A DNA stretch of 23,988 bases from a bacterium (GTDB lineage Bacteria > SZUA-182 > DTGQ01 > JAFGSM01). The stretch covers positions 1-23,988 of the forward strand of contig JBLIRN010000043.1 of the NCBI GenBank assembly GCA_049472315.1, in the 5' to 3' direction. Below are positions 17,385 to 23,988 of this stretch, piece by piece. The stretch's first letter is position 1, and each line of letters starts with the position of its first letter. The translations under genes were made by a program, and so were the position numbers. Under the pieces are notes generated by a model, which was not told the DNA's origin, searched no databases, and worked only from the letters and a program-made list of their open reading frames with translations.

Positions 17385-18701
17385 TCAAAATGCGATAGGC
17401 AATTTTACTGCAAAAACCGTTCCCTGCCCGGGCCGGCTTTCCGCCTCAATGGCGCCCCTGTGCATCTTGATGATCCTCGATGCGATAAACAGCCCCAACC
17501 CCGTTCCCTCCGTTTTTGTGGTAAAGAAGGGCTCGAAGAGCCTCCTCTTGAAGTGAACGGGCAGGCCCGGGCCGGTGTCCGCGATTCGTATCTCTATGAA
17601 GGATTGCAGCCTCTTGTCCTCTTTTTTATCAGTTGATATGTCCAGGGTGCCTCCATCCGGCATCGCCTCTATTGCATTCAAAATGAGGTTGAAGAATACC
17701 TGTCGCATCTGTTCCCTGTCCGCCTCCAACTGGGCGGGTGTTGCATCGAATCTTTTTACGATCCGGATATGCTGAGACTCGGCCTTTGAGGAGAGCAGGT
17801 CAAGAGTCCCCTCCACTATGGTATGCACGTCACACATTTGTAAACAGGGCTCCGGGGGACGCGCAAAATCGAGACAGTTCTTGACCGTCTTTTCTATCCG
17901 GTCTATCTCCTCCCTGATGATGCCCAGGTCTTCCCCGGTGGAGGGGGTATTGGCCAATTCCCTGTTCAGGGAGTACATCCGCATCTTTATCGCGGTCAAG
18001 GGGTTTCTGATCTCGTGGGCGATATTGGCGGAGAGCTGTCCCAGGGATGCCATCTTTGCGGAGCGTATCAATTGCTCGTTCACCCGGTGGGCAATAAAAA
18101 AACCCATAAGCGATCCCAGAAAAAGCGTGATGACGATGGTCGCCCATATCAGGCTGGTCATCGTGGCTGCATTTTGCTGAGCCGCTGCCTCGGCATCCTG
18201 AATGAGGACCTCGTTGACGGCGATAAGGTTTTCGCACTCCAGATACAGGTCATCGATGCTCTTTTTCATATCCACCAGCAGGAGCTTCTCGGCATCTGGG
18301 GCATTGCCGGTCTGATAGAGGCGGATGGCCTCATTCCTCTGATTATCATAGATGGTATAGAGTGCGAGGATCCTTCCCAGGGTCTCATCCTCCCTCGACG
18401 TAAGGGCGACATCGTGGGCGGTTTCAAACCATATCTCGAAGTCGCCCTTCTTCTCCTCGAGTATTTCGAGCCATGCGGGATTGCCGTCCAGAAAGTAGCT
18501 TGCCACCAGCCCCTTCTGGTTGAAAAGGGCCAATTCCAATTCCTCGGCCGCCTTCAGGCTGGCGACATTTTCCTTCATGATGGCACTGGAGACCTTCTGG
18601 AGGTTTTTTGTGGTCAGAAAGGCGAAATATCCCACAAAGACAAGAAGGACGGCGATGAGAGAAAATCCCAATAGTATCTTATGCTTGAATGTGAATCTCA
18701 T
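17385..18701 (-). CDS. Second membrane sensor histidine kinase, paralogue of 6626-8113 lacking the HAMP-like linker
   Basis: Two TMs; AHEIRNPLTAIK, NLILNAIEAM, DTGPGL, FEPFFTTK and GTGLGL. The sensor segment ENVASLKAAEELE matches the first kinase. Confidence 0.93.
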   Translation of the reverse strand: MRFTFKHKILLGFSLIAVLLVFVGYFAFLTTKNLQKVSSAIMKENVASLKAAEELELALFNQKGLVASYFLDGNPAWLEILEEKKGDFEIWFETAHDVALTSREDETLGRILALYTIYDNQRNEAIRLYQTGNAPDAEKLLLVDMKKSIDDLYLECENLIAVNEVLIQDAEAAAQQNAATMTSLIWATIVITLFLGSLMGFFIAHRVNEQLIRSAKMASLGQLSANIAHEIRNPLTAIKMRMYSLNRELANTPSTGEDLGIIREEIDRIEKTVKNCLDFARPPEPCLQMCDVHTIVEGTLDLLSSKAESQHIRIVKRFDATPAQLEADREQMRQVFFNLILNAIEAMPDGGTLDISTDKKEDKRLQSFIEIRIADTGPGLPVHFKRRLFEPFFTTKTEGTGLGLFIASRIIKMHRGAIEAESRPGQGTVFAVKLPIAF

Positions 18702-18755
18702 AACCCTCTCCGGATAAGCCCTTGTTAGTATTATATCGTAAAATCCATGGTGTTT

Positions 18756-20450
18756 CTATTCTACGGAAAGGGCCGTCTGCTCGGACAGGTGTATCCAGTA
18801 CCCTGTGCCGGGCTCCAGTGTGCCGCCCGGGCTATGAAGGCGATATCCGTTTGCAAATCCGGCCAGCGCACGAATCCTTCCGTACTGCACCGATGCCGTT
18901 GCCGGATGAGAGCATCCCCCGATCAGCGACCAGCCGGCCGGACACTGCGGGAGTGTAAAATGCTCGATAGGGTCACCGGAAAGGCTGAAGATGCGGGCCT
19001 CGGATAAGAATATCCAGTATCCCTTTCCAACCGTCAATTCATCGAGTGGGCCGAGCAATTCATAGGTGGATGCATATCCATATACGACCCGGGCGCCGGG
19101 GAACACCGCGGAGACTCGTGCATCATCGAGAATCACCGGCAGGGATACCATGCTCCAGCCTGCGGGAAGGTCCAGGTGCCTGGTGATCGCTGCACTGCCG
19201 GGTGCAAATCCCCTGAGGGGGATGGCGAGGTATGGCGTATGCGGGTCATCCGATTCAATGGTCAGGCCGGCCATGTGCTCTCCACCGGATTGCGGGTTGA
19301 AGGTTATCGCAAGCGTCCTGCCTTCGAAGGGGATTCAGATCAAGGGCCGTACCTTCGCACGGGTAGGGCCCGGCATCAATGTCGAGGCTAAAGTTCACTG
19401 AATCGGAGAGCGTCATCCCGGTGATATGAAGATCCACATCGCCGATGTTGGAAATGGTGAAGACCACAGGGCCTGACGCACTTCCCTGCAGTATGTCCTC
19501 GAAGTGATGGGTTGCAGGATACGCGGAGATGTCGGGATATGGTGAATTGGTGGCGTACTTGAGGTCCTCCCCGTCAAAATAGCCGATATGGACATTCCCC
19601 CACTGGTCGAGATCCATGGAGGAATACTCTCCCGCATACTCGTCGCCATCCACCTATAGGTCTGCCATGAGCCGGAGGCTTTGAGCGCATATTTCAAATC
19701 CCGGTTCGTCTTGTCATAGTAGCTGATATGGATGCTTCCCGCAGTATCGATCCCTATGGATGTATACATGCCCACGTCGCCGCTGCCATCTACCGCCTGG
19801 GTGTGCCATGATCCGCTGGAATTCGTGGCATACTTGATGACATGGAGGGTCGAATCGCAATAGCTGATATGGACTCCCCCCGATACGTCAACCGCAATGG
19901 AGGTGTACTGGTCTATGTCACCGCTGATATCAACCTTATGGGTCTGCCATTCGCCGCCCGCGTTGGTTGCATATTTCAGATCGCGGTTGGTCATATCAAT
20001 GTAGCTGATATGTGCATACCCCGCCGAGTCAGTGGCTATGGAGGTATAGGTGCCCACAACTCCCGTGCTGTCCACCGTTCGGATTTCCCACGAACCGCAG
20101 GCATTGGTCGCATATTTCAGATCGGCATTGCCCCCATCGAAATAGCTGATGTGTGCCTTTCCCATCGGATCCAGGGCTATGGATGCGTAATCCCCCACTC
20201 CACGCGATGTATCCGCCACATCATAGTGCCAGCGTGTGCCGTCATGGTATGCATAGTGAAGGTGAGGCCGCCCATAGGCAATGTGGGGATGCCCGCCTGT
20301 GTCCACCGCGATCGACCGCTGTGTGATATGTATAAATTCCTTTGACACCTCTGCGTATTCTATGGTCCATGTGGCTCCTGCATTACGTAAGGGGAGGAAG
20401 AGGAGGAGAGAAAATACCATGACCGGGAATAAAAAACGCCTATTCGCCAT
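18756..20450 (-). pseudogene. Exported surface protein (six ~47-aa propeller-like repeats + Ig-like ASH/choice-of-anchor-D-like domain + duplicated GW..GYWI C-terminal domain), split by two 1-nt indels
   Basis: ORFs 19413-20450, 19255-19653 and 18756-19274 join into one protein of about 564 aa if one base is added near 19655 and one removed at G4 19329-19332. It has a signal peptide and SIAxD..HISY.D....LKYA repeats. Confidence 0.8.
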
Positions 20451-20543
20451 GTGGTACCCTCTCCCTTGAGGTAATCATTGTGTGACGAGTGTGTATGAAT
20501 TAAGGACTGGCGTTATCGGCTCGGATTTGCTTAATCTATAGGC

Positions 20544-20573
20544 ATTATACTGCCTGAAAGGGAAATATGTCAA
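20544..20573 (-). promoter_or_regulatory. Consensus sigma70 promoter for the 20450 gene
   Basis: Minus strand TTGACA (20573-20568), 18-nt spacer, TATAAT (20549-20544), about 95 bp upstream of the start. Confidence 0.7.
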
Positions 20574-20785
20574 AAGGTTGTCCCTATTCATCCTGCAAAC
20601 CGGATCGGCATTCCCCATCATGTATTATCGATGAGATGTATCATGGCAGCCTGCTGACAACCCATATGACATTCATACGGGGAAAATGATCCCTTCATGC
20701 GTCTATTGCATCAGAAATCAGAAATCCCTTTCCGGAGAGGGAGCGAAGGACACGTATAGTATCAGACTCGAAAAGGAGGCGCACC

Positions 20786-21292
20786 ATGAAGTCGAATACC
20801 CTGGTAAGATCCGTAATTGTATGTTGGATTGCACTTGCCATGATCGTTGTCAGCAGCACCATCGTGTATGGCATGAACAAGGCCGATCTTGTCGAGAAGA
20901 TGGCGGGCGAGGCGGGTATCTCAACTCCTGCAAGTGCATATCAATCCGCAGGTGTTATGACGGTCAATCAAGGGACCTGGCTGAATCATCCGCCGATCGT
21001 CTTAGGTGGCCCTAGCTCTTCTGCTGCTGATGTAAGCGCAACCTGGACTGCCCTTCCGCCATACAACGTTTTGTGGCCGCTGTGGAGCCCCGCCCTTTCC
21101 CCGGCAGATGCCGCCGGCTATATAGAGCCCCCCCTGGTCATGGATCCATTCCTCACACCCCTGATGGTTGTCCCGGGAATGAACGGCATTGGGGTAATCA
21201 TCATGGATTTATCAATGCCGGGCATGGATGGACCCATCTCTGATGATGCGGTTTTTGTCACCAATTATGTACTGCCCTGGTGGACAATATGA
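20786..21292 (+). CDS. Exported hypothetical protein with WxxLPPYNxLWPLWSP motif, plus HU-like and receiver-like peptides
   Basis: AAGGAGG RBS, N-terminal signal-like hydrophobic segment, and a motif shared with 21987-22502. Confidence 0.8.
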   Translation: MKSNTLVRSVIVCWIALAMIVVSSTIVYGMNKADLVEKMAGEAGISTPASAYQSAGVMTVNQGTWLNHPPIVLGGPSSSAADVSATWTALPPYNVLWPLWSPALSPADAAGYIEPPLVMDPFLTPLMVVPGMNGIGVIIMDLSMPGMDGPISDDAVFVTNYVLPWWTI

Positions 21293-21406
21293 TTCTGCCG
21301 GCACATATACACTGCCCACCAGCCTTCTCTCGGACTGACGGATGAGCCAAGATGAGCCACTGGTCATAATAAAGGGTCCGGGGAAGGATTTCAGGACGAT
21401 TAAACA

Positions 21407-21434
21407 AAGGGGTTAGGGTGCATCCTAACCCCTT
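21407..21434. terminator. Intrinsic terminator-like hairpin between convergent genes
   Basis: AAGGGGTTAGG-GTGCAT-CCTAACCCCTT, a perfect 11-bp stem. On the minus strand the GC-rich stem is followed by TTTGTTT. Confidence 0.7.
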
Positions 21435-21986
21435 CGTATTCCTTTTATCGGGTCATATTTGAAGCACCGGCGTCGGCATATCAGGGAGCATCCATTGCAT
21501 CCCCCCGATTAGAGTATCTTCACCTCGATGCTAATGGACACTTATACATAGTGAAAAGAACGATCCCTTACAGGGTGTTTTTCACAATATTTCTCTAATA
21601 AATAAGGCGAAGAACCATAGACACCTTCTACGTCCAGGGCGGTGAAGTCACAGCAAGGGCGGGAATGATGGGCGGGAATTCATTTCCGGCAAAAAAAGGG
21701 AATGGCTGCATTGGGGAATCGTTCAATAGGTCAAAGGATCCTGTATCTGATCAAAGAATGTCCGGCAGGCAAAGGCGTTTCTCGGCGAGGGAGCGGGCCC
21801 GGATGCCTTTACATCTGTCGGATTCATGGGAGGACGGAACGGACGCAGGGGAAATTATTTCTGATACAAAAGGCCGAAACAATTTGTCTAAACAGAAATA
21901 GGGATTTTGATTGTTTCTCCTGATTAATGATTTACAGCGGCCTACATGGCATTTACCTCAATCCTCAAGAGATGATTGCTCATCAT

Positions 21987-22502
21987 CTAGAACGGAGCGA
22001 CGAGTTGAATAGCAGTCAGCAGGAATGCATTAGGGAAGTATTGATCAGTAAATGCTTCATTTGCAAGTGGGACATATTCTGAAAGAAAAATACTTGAGAC
22101 GGGCGGAAAGGCAGAATAATTGGATGGAAGCGCAATGGGAAGAGGTTCAAAGGTAAACGGATTGATTAGATGAAGAGGAGGCCACATAGACAAGGCATCC
22201 TGTAATACATCATAGTATACTATGCCGAAGGGGCTGTTATAAAGAAACCAGGGATAGGGCATATATGGATCCCAGGCGATAGCGGGTTGGTACGGAAGCA
22301 GGGTAAAACGATTCAAGCTGCTGACAATCGGTGTCGGAAGTTGAGTCGTTGCATTAACGGGTGATAATATTGGTGACCACAAGGGCCATAAGATATTATA
22401 AGGCGGCAGAGACGCCCAGTTTTGGGATTGCGCTGAGGGAACAACAACCAAAAAACAGGTGGAAATAATGAAACAGAAAAAAAGCATTTTTCTCTTTGTC
22501 AT
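21987..22502 (-). CDS. Exported Pro/aromatic-rich hypothetical protein with WxxLPPYNxLWPLWSP motif
   Basis: GGAGG RBS, signal peptide ending AQS, mature N-terminus QNWASLPPYNILWPLWSPILSP. Confidence 0.85.
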   Translation of the reverse strand: MTKRKMLFFCFIISTCFLVVVPSAQSQNWASLPPYNILWPLWSPILSPVNATTQLPTPIVSSLNRFTLLPYQPAIAWDPYMPYPWFLYNSPFGIVYYDVLQDALSMWPPLHLINPFTFEPLPIALPSNYSAFPPVSSIFLSEYVPLANEAFTDQYFPNAFLLTAIQLVAPF

Positions 22503-22652
22503 GGTCTTGCCCTCCGTTTTTCATGACAAATTATAAACATGTTGTTTTTACCATTTATAATCACTATGGATTTAAAGAAATCATACAATTCTCCTCTGAA
22601 TGATTTCATTCTTCACTCCATAAATGCAGAGTCGACCGGCATCTTTGCCGCA

Positions 22653-23753
22653 TCAATAAACCGGATAGTAACCCGGACGATATGGAGAATATCCGGGATA
22701 ACCTGGCGGTTGATATCGGGAATATTGACTTCCAGGATAGACTGGTGGTTGATATCGGGGATATGCGCCCCCAGGATAACCCGGCGGTTGATATTGAGGA
22801 TATGGGCCCCCAGGATAACCTTGTGGTTGATATTGAGGATATGGGCCACCACCGGGATAACCATATACAGGGTACCGGGTGCCGTATGGATAGCTGCTGG
22901 TGCCATATATGCCATATTGAGGGCCGCCGGGGGCGCCATAATAGCCGCCGTACATTCCATAACCAGGTCCAGGACCCGTGCCGTAGCCATAATACATACC
23001 GCCTGGGCTCGTGGGATAAATGGCCCCGGTGCCATACAAACCGCCATACAAACCGCCATACATGCCGCCATACAAACCGCCATATATGCCACCATACATA
23101 CCACCGTATACGGGGACGTACGAACTGGATTTTTCGGTGACACTAATATATGAATTTGAGAAGCTTATAGATGCATTGGTGGAAAGTTTTCCATCATCAT
23201 TTTGAAAGTTCACAAAATTACCCCAACGTATAGCTTCTTTCTCCCAACACAGGTCATCAAAGTAGTCATTGTCGGCCATGGCGATAGAATAGAGTTGGAA
23301 GTCTTCTCCGTAAATACGTATTTTTCTAACCATCGTATCATCATCGAAATTGTAAGTTATACTATTATTTTCGGATGAATGTTTGAATGTTAGATAGGCA
23401 AATGATTTTGACTCATACGCTCTTTTAGTATCATCAAAGTAGTAATCATCCTCCTTTCCGATTCCAACAACAAGGCGGTCATCTTCAGAAATGCCATATT
23501 CATTTTCATTATCTCTGGTTCTAAATACAATTGAGAAATCATTTCCATCGTCGTCTTCCATATAAACCACAACATCATAAGTTTTTTCGGCTCTGATTTC
23601 CCATCTGATGAACTGGGCGTCATCAGCCGATTCATCGATGTCATCAAATTCAATCCAGGGCTTTTCAGCCCAACTCCGATTGGCCATAAAGAAAAGACTG
23701 ACAAAAAGAAACAGGACGATTCCCAGGACCTTCAAAAGGCTTATCTTCCCCAT
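22653..23753 (-). CDS. Exported protein: acidic globular domain plus Gly/Tyr/Pro-rich repetitive C-terminal tail
   Basis: AAGGAGGG RBS, signal peptide ending SWA, a D/E-rich domain of about 180 aa, then about 150 aa of YGG and YPG repeats. Confidence 0.85.
   Translation of the reverse strand: MGKISLLKVLGIVLFLFVSLFFMANRSWAEKPWIEFDDIDESADDAQFIRWEIRAEKTYDVVVYMEDDDGNDFSIVFRTRDNENEYGISEDDRLVVGIGKEDDYYFDDTKRAYESKSFAYLTFKHSSENNSITYNFDDDTMVRKIRIYGEDFQLYSIAMADNDYFDDLCWEKEAIRWGNFVNFQNDDGKLSTNASISFSNSYISVTEKSSSYVPVYGGMYGGIYGGLYGGMYGGLYGGLYGTGAIYPTSPGGMYYGYGTGPGPGYGMYGGYYGAPGGPQYGIYGTSSYPYGTRYPVYGYPGGGPYPQYQPQGYPGGPYPQYQPPGYPGGAYPRYQPPVYPGSQYSRYQPPGYPGYSPYRPGYYPVY
22692..22859 (-). repeat. About four coding tandem repeats of 39 nt (YPGGPYPQYQPPG)
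   Basis: YPGGGPYPQYQPQG / YPGGPYPQYQPPG / YPGGAYPRYQPPV / YPGSQYSRYQPPG / YPG. Confidence 0.85.
23031..23108 (-). repeat. 6.5 coding tandem repeats of 12 nt (YGG[M/I/L])
   Basis: YGGM YGGI YGGL YGGM YGGL YGGL YG. Confidence 0.9.
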
Positions 23754-23988
23754 GATTATTCCCTCCTTAGCCGCATGATTTTCAACCTCAGTCTATTCGA
23801 CAAAACAATTATATGTGAAGCTGGGAAAAGCAAAGCATTCTATCGAAATCTATTCTTGTTTGTAGAAATGCCATTTCTGCGTAGAATCTATCAGTTTTCT
23901 GACGGTAGCTTATTGAATTATAATAATACTGATAGATCTCTTGCATTATTCATTTTCCGGCTTTTTCGGAGATGACATATTTATGTTA

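Noticed and set aside
20517..20556. sigma54-like motifs CGGCTCGGATTTGCT and AGGCATTATACTGC
   Set aside because: The GG-GC spacing is 9 nt rather than the required 10, and a consensus sigma70 promoter on the other strand explains the region.
22692..23108. Repeats as a CRISPR array
   Set aside because: The units are contiguous, in-frame and degenerate, with no unique spacers and no cas genes.
22539..23205. Long alternative-frame ORFs (22539-23153 +, 22613-23143 -, 22682-23140 +)
   Set aside because: These are shadow ORFs produced by the stop-poor repeats of the real 22653-23753 gene.

Overview
Bacterial genomic window, probably from an anaerobic deltaproteobacteria-like or candidate-phylum organism (inferred from NIF-type Fe-S genes and sigma54 regulators). 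Left to right: (1) the 5' end of a NitT/TauT-type ABC permease and a probably degenerate HEAT-repeat gene; (2) a Phd/VapC toxin-antitoxin pair whose toxin is frameshifted; (3) nifU-nifS; (4) a small exported protein behind a near-consensus sigma54 promoter; (5) two paralogous sensor kinase/NtrC-family pairs that bracket a six-gene lipid-linked amino-sugar modification cassette (ArnC-like GT2, atypical SDR, DegT aminotransferase, SAM methyltransferase, two GT-C transferases, one extremely AT-rich); (6) a cluster of unusual exported proteins. That cluster holds a doubly frameshifted propeller/Ig-like surface protein, two convergent homologues sharing a WxxLPPYNxLWPLWSPxLSP motif, and a protein with a long Gly/Tyr/Pro repeat tail. 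The most unusual observation is that one motif protein carries an HU-like N-terminal peptide exactly after its predicted signal peptide, plus a receiver-domain-like phosphoacceptor peptide near its C-terminus. No rRNA, tRNA, CRISPR array or transposase was recognised. All assignments come from motif recognition by eye; no database searches were run.
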